From contig CAVTHK010000011.1 in NCBI GenBank assembly GCA_963734495.1, forward strand, positions 544,001 to 608,000: DNA of 64,000 bases, in the 5' to 3' direction. This document shows, piece by piece, positions 51,118 through 60,840 of this stretch. Below the pieces are notes generated by a model that saw only the letters and a list, made by a program, of their open reading frames with translations, ran no database searches and was not told the origin of the DNA. The DNA is from an uncultured Spirochaetota bacterium (GTDB lineage Bacteria; Spirochaetota; Spirochaetia; SZUA-6; CAVTHK01). Position numbers and translations under genes: made by a program. Positions within the stretch are counted from its first letter, which is position 1. Every line of letters begins with the position of its first letter.

Positions 51118-51903
51118 ATGAAGAAGATGCTTCTTTCGATAATCGCCATGCTGGCGCTGCTCGCCGCGCCGCTGATCGCATGGGGCGGCCCCCCGGTGCT
51201 TTCGGGCTCGGGCTCGGTCTCCTCCAAGGACTACACGGTCGGCAGCTTCGACACGATCAGCCTCAAGGGGATCGCGGGCTTCCACATCATGGCCGGCGAC
51301 ACCCCCGCGGTGACCGTCAAGACCGACGCCAACATCGCCGACCACGTGATGGTGAATGTCTACGGGACGCGCCTCGAGGTCAGCATGGACCCCGCGTACT
51401 CCTATCGGCCCACGAGCTTCGAGCTCGACATCACGCTGCCGCGCATCGCCGCGGCCGCGATCTACGATTCCAAGGGCTCGATCGACAAGTTCTCGAGTGA
51501 CGCCGTGCGGCTCGACCTCTACGGGCATAGCGCGCTCGACGTGTCGGAGATGGACGCCAACATGCTCGCGCTGAGCGCGGCGGATGCGAGCTCCATCAGC
51601 GGCCGCGTCAGCGGGTACGAGACCGAAGTGTCGCTCCAGGGCAGGGCGCAGGCGAGCATCAGCGGCGACAGCGACCGCCTCGTGCTGAACGCGACCGGCG
51701 GCAGCGCGAACCTCAGCGCCCTCGACGCGAATCAGGTCACCGTCAGCCTGTCCGACGGGGCGGCCGCCCGGATCAACGGCAACCACGGCATGGACGTGAG
51801 CGGCTCCGTGCGCAACGGCGCCAGCCTCAGCTACACCGGCAAGGCGGACGTCGGCGCAGTCTTCGTCGACCCCGACTCCGGTGGTCACATCATGGGCGGT
51901 TGA
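51118..51903 (+). CDS. DUF2807/GIN (auto-transporter adhesin head-like) beta-helix protein, exported
   Basis: Signal peptide; 'GSGSVSSKDY.V.SFDTI'; repetitive small-residue beta-solenoid pattern; 'SLSYTG'. Confidence 0.75.
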   Translation: MKKMLLSIIAMLALLAAPLIAWGGPPVLSGSGSVSSKDYTVGSFDTISLKGIAGFHIMAGDTPAVTVKTDANIADHVMVNVYGTRLEVSMDPAYSYRPTSFELDITLPRIAAAAIYDSKGSIDKFSSDAVRLDLYGHSALDVSEMDANMLALSAADASSISGRVSGYETEVSLQGRAQASISGDSDRLVLNATGGSANLSALDANQVTVSLSDGAAARINGNHGMDVSGSVRNGASLSYTGKADVGAVFVDPDSGGHIMGG

Positions 51904-52012
51904 TTCCGAGAACAGGCAACGGGCGCCCCGCTCCCGTGCTCGCTCCGGCGGCCGGGCGCGGGGCGCTTTCGCGCCCCTGCCGGTTGTCTGGCCGCGGCGG
52001 ACCGCGGCCGGC

Positions 52013-52873
52013 CTATGCGAGGGCGCGCGAGCAGAGGGAATCGACTTCCAGCACCATCGTCCGGAAGTCCTCGAGCCGGTAATCCGGCCCTGGCGCGAAC
52101 GGCGGGGTCTCGATGCACATCGACCGGCCGAAGCCCAGCCCCGCGGCCGCGCGGAAGAACGCGCGCCAGTCGACGCGGCCCTTTCCGGGTGCCAGGTGCG
52201 AGTCGCGGTCACCCGCGTTGTCCGCGAGATGAAACGCGACGAGACGGTCCTTCATGGTTTCGAAGAACAGCCCGGCGCCCTCGATCCCGCCGGCGACGAG
52301 AGCATGCCCGGTGTCCAGGCACCAGCCGAGCGACGCGACGGGGAACAGCGCGCCGAGACGGGCGAAATGCTCCGGACGCGAGCCGAAGCGGCCGCCGGCG
52401 GCCGGCAGCATGTTCTCGAGGGCCACGGTCAGGCCGAGCCGCCCGGCCAGGGGAAGCAGCGCCTCCAGGCTCTTCGCGATCTGCGAGAGGTAGCGGTCGA
52501 GCCCCTCGACATCGACGCTGTAGCGGTTGGAGGTGGGGTGCTGCACGCACACCGTCGCGCCCGTGAGCGCCGCGCGCTCCATCCAGCGCGACACGGCGGC
52601 CACCGCCGCGCGCCGGTCGGTCTCGTAGAACGCCGCGATGTCGTCCTCGCGCTCGAAAGGGATGTGGAACGTCTCGATCGAGAGCCCGCCGTCGCGGAAC
52701 TGTCGGGCCGCAAGCTCGATCTCGGCGTCGCTCATCCCGGCAAACAGCGGCGGCGCGGCCTCGATGCCGGCGAGGCCCGCGGCGGCGCAGGCCTCGGCCG
52801 CCCTCTTCAGGCCATCCTTGCCCGCGGCCCCGAACGTGTAGCCGGTCGTCGACCATGTCCAGCTCTTCGTCAT
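52013..52873 (-). CDS. Sugar phosphate isomerase/epimerase (xylose isomerase-like TIM barrel)
   Basis: 'ALENM', 'CLDTGHA', 'HLADNAG', 'HLAPGKGRVDW'. Confidence 0.85.
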   Translation of the reverse strand: MTKSWTWSTTGYTFGAAGKDGLKRAAEACAAAGLAGIEAAPPLFAGMSDAEIELAARQFRDGGLSIETFHIPFEREDDIAAFYETDRRAAVAAVSRWMERAALTGATVCVQHPTSNRYSVDVEGLDRYLSQIAKSLEALLPLAGRLGLTVALENMLPAAGGRFGSRPEHFARLGALFPVASLGWCLDTGHALVAGGIEGAGLFFETMKDRLVAFHLADNAGDRDSHLAPGKGRVDWRAFFRAAAGLGFGRSMCIETPPFAPGPDYRLEDFRTMVLEVDSLCSRALA

Positions 52874-53015
52874 GCGGCCTCCCCTCCACGCCGCATCATC
52901 CCCGGGCGGCCGGGCGGCGGTCAAGCCGCAAGCCCCTCGCAAGGCCCTCGCGGGCCCGCGCGCTCGCGACGGCCGTCGACGTGTATACTGGCGGCGTCGC
53001 GCGAAGGGAGGTCCG

Positions 53016-53768
53016 ATGGCAACGACGGCGGAAGTCCTCGCGCGGCTGGCCGCGAAAGGCAGCCGCGCCAACGTCGAAGGGATGGCCAGGTTCGGGATGA
53101 GCACGGCCGGCCGCCTCGGCGTGCCCGTGCCCGAGATGCGGAAGCTCGCCAGGGAGATCGGCCGGGATCACCGCCTGGCGGCCGGGCTGTGGAAGACGGG
53201 CGTCCCGGAGGCGAGGATCCTCGCCTCCATGATCGCGGAGCCGCGGGAGCTCACGGCCGCGGACATGGACCGATGGGCCGCGGACTTCGATTCGTGGGAC
53301 GTCTGCGACCAGGTGTGCATGAACCTCTTCGAGAAGGCGCCTCACGCCCGGCGCAAGATCGTGGAATGGGCGCGGAGCGACGAGGAGCTCGTCAAGCGGG
53401 CCGCCTATTCGCTGCTCGCCTGCGTCGCGTGGCACGACAAGGCGGCGCCCGACTCGGACTTCCTGCCGCTCCTGCGCCTGATCGCGAGCGGAGCGACGGA
53501 CGACAGGAACTTCGTGAAGAAGGCGGTCAACTGGGCGCTGCGCACCATCGGAAAGCGCAATCCCCGGCTGAACGAGGCGGCGCTCCGGACCGCGCGCGAG
53601 ATCCGCGGCCTCGACTCCAGCGCGGCGCGCTGGATCGCCGCCGACGCGATCCGCGAGCTCGAGAGCGACGCCGTGCGTGCGCGGCTGCGCCGTGCGCCGG
53701 TCAGCCCGACGTCAGCTCGTCCAGCGAATCGAGGCAGCGCTTCTGGGCGGCGGCGCGCTCGGCGATGA
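53016..53768 (+). CDS. DNA alkylation repair protein (AlkD-like HEAT repeat)
   Basis: 'SWDVCD', 'DDRNFVKKAVNWALRTIGKRN'. Confidence 0.85.
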   Translation: MATTAEVLARLAAKGSRANVEGMARFGMSTAGRLGVPVPEMRKLAREIGRDHRLAAGLWKTGVPEARILASMIAEPRELTAADMDRWAADFDSWDVCDQVCMNLFEKAPHARRKIVEWARSDEELVKRAAYSLLACVAWHDKAAPDSDFLPLLRLIASGATDDRNFVKKAVNWALRTIGKRNPRLNEAALRTAREIRGLDSSAARWIAADAIRELESDAVRARLRRAPVSPTSARPANRGSASGRRRARR

Positions 53769-54753
53769 CCGCGATGAGGGAGCGCGCGAGCTCCCGCTGG
53801 TCCGGCGAATCGACCGGCGGGATGCCGTAGTCCTTGCTCACCGCCTGCTTCTTGCCGTAGTTCGACTCGACCTTGGCCACCCATTCGGGCTTGATGCCCC
53901 CGATCCCGGCAAAGGCGCCCGCCAGGCCGCCGACCATCGTGCCGATGGTGTCGGCGTCACGGCCGAAGTTCGCGGCGTAGATCACGGCCTGCACGGGGTT
54001 GCCGCGGGCGAGGTGGAACAGGGAAAAGACGCAGGGCACGGTCTCTCGCGAATCGCTTTTGACGTCCCGCAGCGGCCCCGCGTAGAACGCTTCGCGGAAC
54101 TCCTCGTAGCGCCCCTTCTGCCTCGCCAGCGCGACGGTGGATTCGATGCACTGCCGCATCTCCGCGGAGCTCGTCCTGTGGAGGTAGGCGGTGGAAGCTT
54201 CGATCACGGAATCGACCGTGGATCGCGGGTTCATCGCCTCCGCGATCGCGGCGGCGACGGCGCAGGCTCCGTCCCGGCAGAACGTCGAGTCCCCCGCGTG
54301 GATGAGCCCGGCCACGTCGTACGTCTCCGTGGCCGCCTGCCTCGGGTTGCAGGCGTTGATGAGGCCCATCGGCGAGATCGCCATCGCGGAGCTGCTGCTC
54401 TGCATGTTGCCGAGCCCCGCGTAGACCGGCAGGGTGAGCCCGCTTTCCACCTTGTGGAACATGTTCCTCACCGGCACGAAGAACATCTTGTAGAACTTCC
54501 TGTTGCGCAGAAACGACGCCGCGAACTCATCCGCCGTGACGTGGCCCCCGCCGTCCAGGATGGCCCCGATGAGGATCAGCCTGATGGCCGAGTCGTCGGT
54601 GCCCGCGCCCTCGAAATCGCTGATTTCGCCGAAGTCCTTGGCTATCTCACGGAAGTCCCTGCCTTCCGTGCGCGCCCCCATCGCGTCGCCGATCAGGCCG
54701 CCCACGAGCGATCCGTACACCCTGTCGAAGAGCCGTCCGCCGTCCTTTTTCAC
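53701..54753 (-). CDS. ADP-ribosylglycohydrolase family protein
   Basis: 'GDAMGA', 'TDDS', 'GRDADTIG'. Confidence 0.9.
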   Translation of the reverse strand: MKKDGGRLFDRVYGSLVGGLIGDAMGARTEGRDFREIAKDFGEISDFEGAGTDDSAIRLILIGAILDGGGHVTADEFAASFLRNRKFYKMFFVPVRNMFHKVESGLTLPVYAGLGNMQSSSSAMAISPMGLINACNPRQAATETYDVAGLIHAGDSTFCRDGACAVAAAIAEAMNPRSTVDSVIEASTAYLHRTSSAEMRQCIESTVALARQKGRYEEFREAFYAGPLRDVKSDSRETVPCVFSLFHLARGNPVQAVIYAANFGRDADTIGTMVGGLAGAFAGIGGIKPEWVAKVESNYGKKQAVSKDYGIPPVDSPDQRELARSLIAVIAERAAAQKRCLDSLDELTSG

Positions 54754-55312
54754 CGTTCCCCCCTTTGTCCGCCGCGGGCCTCTCCGAGAACACGGCGAGG
54801 TAGCGCACGCGGCCGCTCACCGGCTGCAGGTCGTGCTCGTCCTCGGAGTCGAAGTAGAGGCTGTCGCCCGGCCGCAGCGTGTACTCGACGCTCCCGACCC
54901 GGTACTTCATCTCTCCCTCGAGCATGTAGACGAACTCCTCGCCCCTGTGGCTCAGGGGCTGCGCCCCGATCCTCTTCTTCTCAGCCTCGAAGAGGAAGGG
55001 CTGGAACGCCTTGTCCGGCCGCTCCTGCGCGAAGGCGACGAAGCGGTAGCCTTTGCTCGTCGCCACCATCCGGCTGCGCTCCTCGGCTGCCTTGTGATGA
55101 ATCGTGCCGCGCTGGCCTGTCTCGTCCAGCAGGGTGGACACGCGGATCCCCAGCGCGTCGGCGATCTTGACCAGCGTGGAGACCGGCGGCATGGTCCTGC
55201 CGGTCTCGATCTTGGAGAGCAGGCTGGTCGAGAATCCGCACTCGAGGGCGATCTCCTGCAGCGTCCTCGCCTGCCGGAGCCGCAGCTTGCGGATGCGCCT
55301 TCCCAGTTCCAT
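54647..55312 (-). CDS. XRE-family HTH regulator with cupin sensor (true stop may be about 54750 if the G run has lost a base)
   Basis: 'TLQEIA...LLSKIETG'; cupin 'HRGEEFVY', 'PGDSLYFDS'. Confidence 0.88.
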   Translation of the reverse strand: MELGRRIRKLRLRQARTLQEIALECGFSTSLLSKIETGRTMPPVSTLVKIADALGIRVSTLLDETGQRGTIHHKAAEERSRMVATSKGYRFVAFAQERPDKAFQPFLFEAEKKRIGAQPLSHRGEEFVYMLEGEMKYRVGSVEYTLRPGDSLYFDSEDEHDLQPVSGRVRYLAVFSERPAADKGGNGEKGRRTALRQGVRIARGRPDRRRDGGAHGRQGLP

Positions 55313-55337
55313 CGGAATGACTCCTGGTCGATCGCTG

Positions 55338-55385
55338 TGAACAGTATTCAAATTGCTTGAGTTGTCAACCGTCCTCTGTTACGAT
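55338..55385. promoter_or_regulatory. Divergent promoters with a candidate XRE operator
   Basis: Plus strand TTGAGT-N17-TACGAT; minus strand TTGACA; palindrome TGAA-CAGTA-TTCA at 55338-55350. Confidence 0.45.
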
Positions 55386-55417
55386 CAAAGCGTTCGACGC
55401 GGGCGGCAGGGGGGCAG

Positions 55418-56173
55418 ATGGCTGACATCATGGATCGGGTCGGGGTGAGCGCGACGGGGGGCGAGGCGCGCAAGCCGCTGGAGGAGGTGCTGGCCTCCTA
55501 TTCGTCGATGGGCTACCGGTACTTCGAGGCGTGGCTCAAGGGCCGCGGGTCCGCGATGGACATGAGCCGGGGCGCGGACGCCTACGTGAGCCTGGCGCGG
55601 CGCTACGGCATCAAGTACTGCTCCCTGCACATGCGCACGGTCGAGACGGCGTCGGCGGACGCCATCGCCCTCGCCGTGGAAGAGGCGCTCTTCGCCGAAA
55701 AGCTGGGCGCCCGCGTCGCGACGCTGACCTGCTCGACCAGGGAGGTCTACGTCGAGACGGCGCGCCGGGTCCTCAACGCCATCGAGGGGCACGACCTCAC
55801 GCTGGTCATCCAGGTGCACGAAGGGCGGGCGATCGAGACCATGGATCAGCTCACCGAGGTGCTCGACGCGGTGGGGGACGAGCGGCTGAAGGTGCAGCAC
55901 GAGGTGGGCACCTTCCACGCGCTGGGGGTCCCCTGGAACAAGGTGATCGAGCGTTTCGGCCTTCGGATCGGCCTGGTGCACATCAAGGACATGGTGGGCG
56001 ACCAGAGCGTCGCCCTGGGAACGGGCGAGGTGGACGTTCCCGGGATCTTCGCCGAGATGCGCAGGATCGGCTACCAGGGCTTCTACGTGATCGAGATCCA
56101 GAACAAGGACCAGGAGAACACCCGCCGCTACTTCCGGGAGGCGGTGGACCTGCTTCGGACTCGGTGCGGATGA
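55418..56173 (+). CDS. Sugar phosphate isomerase/epimerase family protein
   Basis: 'VHIKD', 'LGTGEVD', 'GYQGFYVIE'. Confidence 0.85.
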   Translation: MADIMDRVGVSATGGEARKPLEEVLASYSSMGYRYFEAWLKGRGSAMDMSRGADAYVSLARRYGIKYCSLHMRTVETASADAIALAVEEALFAEKLGARVATLTCSTREVYVETARRVLNAIEGHDLTLVIQVHEGRAIETMDQLTEVLDAVGDERLKVQHEVGTFHALGVPWNKVIERFGLRIGLVHIKDMVGDQSVALGTGEVDVPGIFAEMRRIGYQGFYVIEIQNKDQENTRRYFREAVDLLRTRCG

Positions 56174-56186
56174 AGCGGAGGGCGGC

Positions 56187-57197
56187 ATGAAGGACCTCAA
56201 GGTCGGAGTGATCGGGCTCGGGCTGGGGCGCCATTTCGTGGCGGCGTGCAACGCTTCGCCCCTCGTGGGGAGGCTGGTGATCTGCGATCCCGACGAGGGC
56301 AGGCAGGCCCAGGCCCGCGAGCAGGCGCCGAGAGTGGCCGCCGCCTACGCCTCGATCCCCGAGATGCTCGACGCCGAGAAGCTCGACGTCGCGTGCGTCG
56401 TCACGCCGGACCACATGCACAGGGAGCACGTCGGCCTCTGCCTGGACGCGGGGTGCCACGTCCTGATGACCAAGCCTCTCGCCACCAGTCTCGAGGACGG
56501 GCGGGCCATCGTGCGGGCCGCGGAGTCCTCGGGGCGCAAGCTCATGGTGGCGCACGAGCGGCGCTTCCGCGCCCGCTTCCGCCGCGTCCGGGAGATGCTC
56601 GAGGCGGGCGACCTCGGCGACCTCATCCTCGTGCAGATGAACCAGCTGGGCGACCGGCGCAAGCAGTTCGCGAGAGCGCCCTGGTACGCCTCACCGGAGG
56701 CCGGGAGGTCCGCGCTGGTCGGATCGGGGATCCACGAGGTGGACCTGCTGCGCTTCTTCGCGGCAAAGCCGATCCTCACCGTTGCCGCGGCCAGCAACCG
56801 CCTGGGCGACCTCGACTTCCCGAAGTCCAAGACGACGGCCACCGTCTTCCAGTTCGAGGGCGGCGCGATCGGCCAGACCGCCATCAGCTACGAGGCGCAC
56901 TGGCCCGCGAAGCAGCCGCCGGCGCACTTCCTCCTCGTGGGTGCGCACGGCGTCGTGCTCGACGACAAGGTCAGGACCGACCGGGACGACGACTGGAAGC
57001 CGCTGCCCAAGGACGAGATGGAGACCGCGGCCGGGTGCGGGCGGGCCACCGACACGTTCCTGGAGGTGGTGGCCCGCGGCGGTACCGTGCCCGTGAGCCC
57101 GCGCGACGGCTATGCGACGCTGGCCGCGTGCATCGCCGCCGATGAGTCGGCGGAAAGCGGAAGGATCGTGAAGCCGGATTCCGAGGCGTTCGCGTAG
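56187..57197 (+). CDS. Gfo/Idh/MocA family oxidoreductase
   Basis: 'GVIGLG', 'VTPDHMH', 'TKPLA', 'IHEVD'. Confidence 0.9.
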   Translation: MKDLKVGVIGLGLGRHFVAACNASPLVGRLVICDPDEGRQAQAREQAPRVAAAYASIPEMLDAEKLDVACVVTPDHMHREHVGLCLDAGCHVLMTKPLATSLEDGRAIVRAAESSGRKLMVAHERRFRARFRRVREMLEAGDLGDLILVQMNQLGDRRKQFARAPWYASPEAGRSALVGSGIHEVDLLRFFAAKPILTVAAASNRLGDLDFPKSKTTATVFQFEGGAIGQTAISYEAHWPAKQPPAHFLLVGAHGVVLDDKVRTDRDDDWKPLPKDEMETAAGCGRATDTFLEVVARGGTVPVSPRDGYATLAACIAADESAESGRIVKPDSEAFA

Positions 57198-57266
57198 AGG
57201 CGGCGGCGGGCGCCCGACAGTGGCTGCGGGGCCGGCTGCGGCCGGTCCCGCGCGAGGGAAGGTCCT

Positions 57267-58193
57267 GTGAAGCGGGGGGACAGGTCGATTTTGCGGAGGG
57301 CATCCCGCGAGCTCCTCGTCAACCGGCAGGTGTACCTCATGCTCCTGCCGGTCCTCCTGTACTACGCCCTGTTCCACTTCCAGCCGATGTACGGCGCCCA
57401 GATCGCGTTCAAGAGCTTCAACCCGGTCAAGGGCATCTGGGGCAGCCAGTGGATCGGCTTCCGTCACTTCCAGGCGTTTTTCGGGAGCTACTACGCCTGG
57501 CGCATCATCAGGAACACCCTGCTCCTCAACTTCTGGCACGTGATCTTCGCGTTTCCGGCGCCGATCATCGTGGCGCTCCTCGTCAACGAGGTCACCCACC
57601 AGGGCTACAAGAGGGTCGTGCAGACGCTGACCTACCTGCCGCACTTCATCTCCCTGGTGGTGGTGTGCGGGCTGATCATCGACTTTCTCGCGCGCGATGG
57701 GGTCGTCAACCAGCTCATAGCGGCGGGCGGCGTCGAGCCCATTCCGTTCATGATCATTCCCCAGTGGTTCCGGTTCGTCTACGTGAGCTCGGGCATCTGG
57801 CAGCAGGCAGGCTGGGAATCCATCATCTATCTCGCTGCGCTCTCGGCGATCAACCCCGAGCTTTACGAGGCCGCGGTGGTCGACGGCGCGGGCCGGTGGC
57901 GCCAGACCTGGTCCATCACCCTTCCCGGAATCGCGCCGACGATCATCATCATGCTGATCCTGCGGATGGGCCGCATGATGAACATCGACCTCGAAAAGGT
58001 GCTCCTGCTCTACAACCCGCAGACCTACGAGACCGCGGACGTGATCAGCACCTTCGTGTACCGCAAGGGGCTGCTGGAAAAGAGCTTCAGCTACAGCACG
58101 GCGGTGGACCTGCTCAACTCGGTGATCAACTTCGCCATGCTCATGCTGTTCAACCGGCTGAGCCGGAGGATTACGAGGACCAGCCTGTGGTAG
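57267..58193 (+). CDS. Carbohydrate ABC permease (LplB-like)
   Basis: 'YLPHFIS', 'LYEAAVVDGA', 'ETADVISTFVY'. Confidence 0.92.
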   Translation: MKRGDRSILRRASRELLVNRQVYLMLLPVLLYYALFHFQPMYGAQIAFKSFNPVKGIWGSQWIGFRHFQAFFGSYYAWRIIRNTLLLNFWHVIFAFPAPIIVALLVNEVTHQGYKRVVQTLTYLPHFISLVVVCGLIIDFLARDGVVNQLIAAGGVEPIPFMIIPQWFRFVYVSSGIWQQAGWESIIYLAALSAINPELYEAAVVDGAGRWRQTWSITLPGIAPTIIIMLILRMGRMMNIDLEKVLLLYNPQTYETADVISTFVYRKGLLEKSFSYSTAVDLLNSVINFAMLMLFNRLSRRITRTSLW

Positions 58194-58209
58194 AGAGGCG
58201 AAGACGGCG

Positions 58210-59088
58210 ATGAAACGGACCGGCGGCGAGATCGTCTTTCAGGCATTCGACCTCCTGCTGCTCACCGCGTTCGCCTTTGCCTGCGTGTACCCGTTCATCT
58301 ACGTGTTGTTCGCCTCGCTCAGCGATCCCGCGCGCATCGTCGCGCACCGTGGCATCCTCGTGGCTCCTCTGGGGTTCTCCCTGGGCCCCTACAGGATGGT
58401 CTTCGAGAATCCCCACATTCTCAGCGGGTACAAGAACACCCTGATCGTGCTCGTCGCCGGGACCTCGATCAACCTGTTCCTGACGTCGCTCGGGGCGTAC
58501 GGCCTTTCGAGGCGCAGGATCGCGCTGCGCGACGCCCTGATGTTCCTGATCGTATTCACCATGATGTTCCGCGGCGGCCTGATACCGCTCTACCTCCAGG
58601 TGGGGAGCCTCGGGCTGGTGGACACCCGGTGGTCGCTCATCCTGCCCTCCGCCGTCAGCGCCTGGAACCTCGTCATCATGCGCACGTACCTGTTGAGCCT
58701 CCCTGAAAGCCTGGAGGAGTCGGCGAGGATCGACGGCGCCGGCGACTGGACCATCCTGTTCCGCGTCGTGCTGCCGCTCGCGATGCCCGTCGTGGCGGTG
58801 ATGACTCTCTTCTACGGGGTGCACCACTGGAACAGCTGGTTCCACGCGATGCTCTTTCTCCGCGACCGCGCGCTCTACCCGCTGCAGCTCATTCTCCGCG
58901 AGATCCTGATCGCGAACGACACGCGGAGCATGACGACGTCGCTGATCAGCTCCGTGGACGAGGAGCAGGTCGGGGAGACGATCAAGTACGCGACCATCGT
59001 GGTGGCCACGCTGCCGATTCTTTGCGCGTATCCGCTCCTGCAGAAGTATTTCGTCAAGGGGGTCATGATCGGAGCGATCAAGGGCTGA
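58210..59088 (+). CDS. Carbohydrate ABC permease (LplC-like)
   Basis: 'LEESARIDGA', 'HWNSWF', 'YPLLQKYFVKG'. Confidence 0.92.
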   Translation: MKRTGGEIVFQAFDLLLLTAFAFACVYPFIYVLFASLSDPARIVAHRGILVAPLGFSLGPYRMVFENPHILSGYKNTLIVLVAGTSINLFLTSLGAYGLSRRRIALRDALMFLIVFTMMFRGGLIPLYLQVGSLGLVDTRWSLILPSAVSAWNLVIMRTYLLSLPESLEESARIDGAGDWTILFRVVLPLAMPVVAVMTLFYGVHHWNSWFHAMLFLRDRALYPLQLILREILIANDTRSMTTSLISSVDEEQVGETIKYATIVVATLPILCAYPLLQKYFVKGVMIGAIKG

Positions 59089-59196
59089 CCGTCCGCGAGG
59101 CGCCGTCGGGCGCGCGGCGGGAAGCCAACGGCACAGGCGAAACCCTCGGCCCTTACGGGACCGGGGAGAACGCGACGTTTCCCAAAGGAGGTGCGT

Positions 59197-60762
59197 ATGA
59201 AGCGCCTTGCAATCGTACTGGTGGTGCTGCTGGCACCGATGCTCGCCTTTGCGAGCCCGGCCGGGGAGGTCACGGCGGCGAAGACCGAGGGGCCGGTGGT
59301 CCTCACGGCCTTCTGGAGGCTCGACGCCAAGACCGGCATGACGCTGAAGAGCTACTCGGAGATGACCGTCTTCAAGGAGCTGGAAAAGCGGACCGGCGTG
59401 CGCCTGGAGTTCAAGCACCCGCCCTCAGGCCAGGAGAACGAACAGTTCAACCTGATGCTCGCCTCCAACAACCTGACCGACCTGATCTACTGGGACTGGT
59501 GGGCCTCGGTGCCCGGCGGACCCGGCCAGCTCATCGCGGATGGGCAGATCATCCGGCTCAACGAGCTCTTCGACAAGTACGCGCCCAACTACCTGGCCTA
59601 TCTCAAGGCGGACCCGGAGCGGCGCAAGCAGGCGAGCCTCGACGACGGGACGCTCTACACGATCCCGAAGATCAAGAGCGACAAGTACAACCGCATCAGC
59701 GACGGCTTCCAGGTGCGCCAGGACTGGCTGGACCGCATCGGCGCCGAGAAGCCGACCACCATCGACGGCTGGTACAAGATGCTCTCGGCCATCAGGAAGG
59801 CCGACGCCAACGGCAACGGGAAGGTGGGCGACGAGATCCCGTTCAGCGGCACCGGCCTGGACAAGTTCTCGCTGCGACGCTTCGCGTTCGCCTGGGGCGT
59901 CTCGTGGAACTTCGGCCTCGCCGGCCGCAAGGTCGTCTACGGCCCGATCGAGCCCGCGTACAAGGATCACCTCGCGACCATGGCCAAGTGGTACGCCGAG
60001 AAGCTGATCGACCAGGACTTCGTCACCAACAACGACAAGAACTTCGAGTCCAAGGTGGTCGGCGACATCGTCGCGTCCTACGCCGGGAACATCAACGGCC
60101 ACATGGGCAAGTTCCTCGGCCTCAAGCAGAACGACCCGAGCTTCAAGCTGGTCGGGATCCAGCCTCCAATCGGCCCCGCCGGCAAAGCCTACGGTCCCAT
60201 GGACTCCGAGATGACGGGCAACGCGGTCGTCGTGTCCGCCTCGTGCAAGAACAAGGAAGCGGCCGTGCGGTGGGGGGACTACCTCTTTACCAAGGACGGC
60301 ATCATGCTCACCAACTTCGGGGTGGAGGGCCTCACCTACACGATGCAGGACGGCCAGCCGGTGTTGACCGACCTCATCAAGAAGAACCCGAACAAGCTGC
60401 CCATGATCAACGCCCTGAGCCAGCACGTCTGGTCGGCCAGCAGCGGGCCCGGCCTGCAGCTTGAGCGCGTCTTCAAGCAGATCCAGCTCCCGCCTCAGAT
60501 CGACGCGGTCAACCTCTACCAGGCCGTGCAGGACGCGGGCGTTCTCATGCCCCCGGCCTTCCCGACGCCCAAGGAGGCCGAGCGCCTGTCCGCGATCATG
60601 ACCGACATCCAGACCTACGCGGACGAGATGTACTGCAAGTTCGTGCTGGGGCAGGTGCCGATCTCGGACTGGGACAAGTACGTGGCCACGATCAGGAAGA
60701 TGAACATCGACGAAGCGACTGCGATCTGGCAGGGGGTCGTCAATCGGTACGACAAGAGGTAA
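59197..60762 (+). CDS. Carbohydrate ABC substrate-binding protein (LplA-like)
   Basis: Signal peptide; 'RQDWLD', 'DANGNGK.GDEIP'; AAGGAGG RBS. Confidence 0.9.
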   Translation: MKRLAIVLVVLLAPMLAFASPAGEVTAAKTEGPVVLTAFWRLDAKTGMTLKSYSEMTVFKELEKRTGVRLEFKHPPSGQENEQFNLMLASNNLTDLIYWDWWASVPGGPGQLIADGQIIRLNELFDKYAPNYLAYLKADPERRKQASLDDGTLYTIPKIKSDKYNRISDGFQVRQDWLDRIGAEKPTTIDGWYKMLSAIRKADANGNGKVGDEIPFSGTGLDKFSLRRFAFAWGVSWNFGLAGRKVVYGPIEPAYKDHLATMAKWYAEKLIDQDFVTNNDKNFESKVVGDIVASYAGNINGHMGKFLGLKQNDPSFKLVGIQPPIGPAGKAYGPMDSEMTGNAVVVSASCKNKEAAVRWGDYLFTKDGIMLTNFGVEGLTYTMQDGQPVLTDLIKKNPNKLPMINALSQHVWSASSGPGLQLERVFKQIQLPPQIDAVNLYQAVQDAGVLMPPAFPTPKEAERLSAIMTDIQTYADEMYCKFVLGQVPISDWDKYVATIRKMNIDEATAIWQGVVNRYDKR

Positions 60763-60771
60763 GGCTTCGCG

Positions 60772-60808
60772 CGAAGGGACGGCCCGGCCGCTCCGGGCTG
60801 TCCCTTCG
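60772..60808 (+). terminator. Stem-loop terminator after the SBP gene
   Basis: CGAAGGGACGGCCCGG-ccgct-CCGGGCTGTCCCTTCG. Confidence 0.65.
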
Positions 60809-60840
60809 TTATCTCCGCGCGTGCGCGGGCGGCGGCCGCC

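Noticed and set aside
53701-53768. 68-bp convergent overlap of alkD and the ARH gene
   Set aside because: This is a low-complexity C-terminal run-on, common in GC-rich genomes, with no evidence of function.
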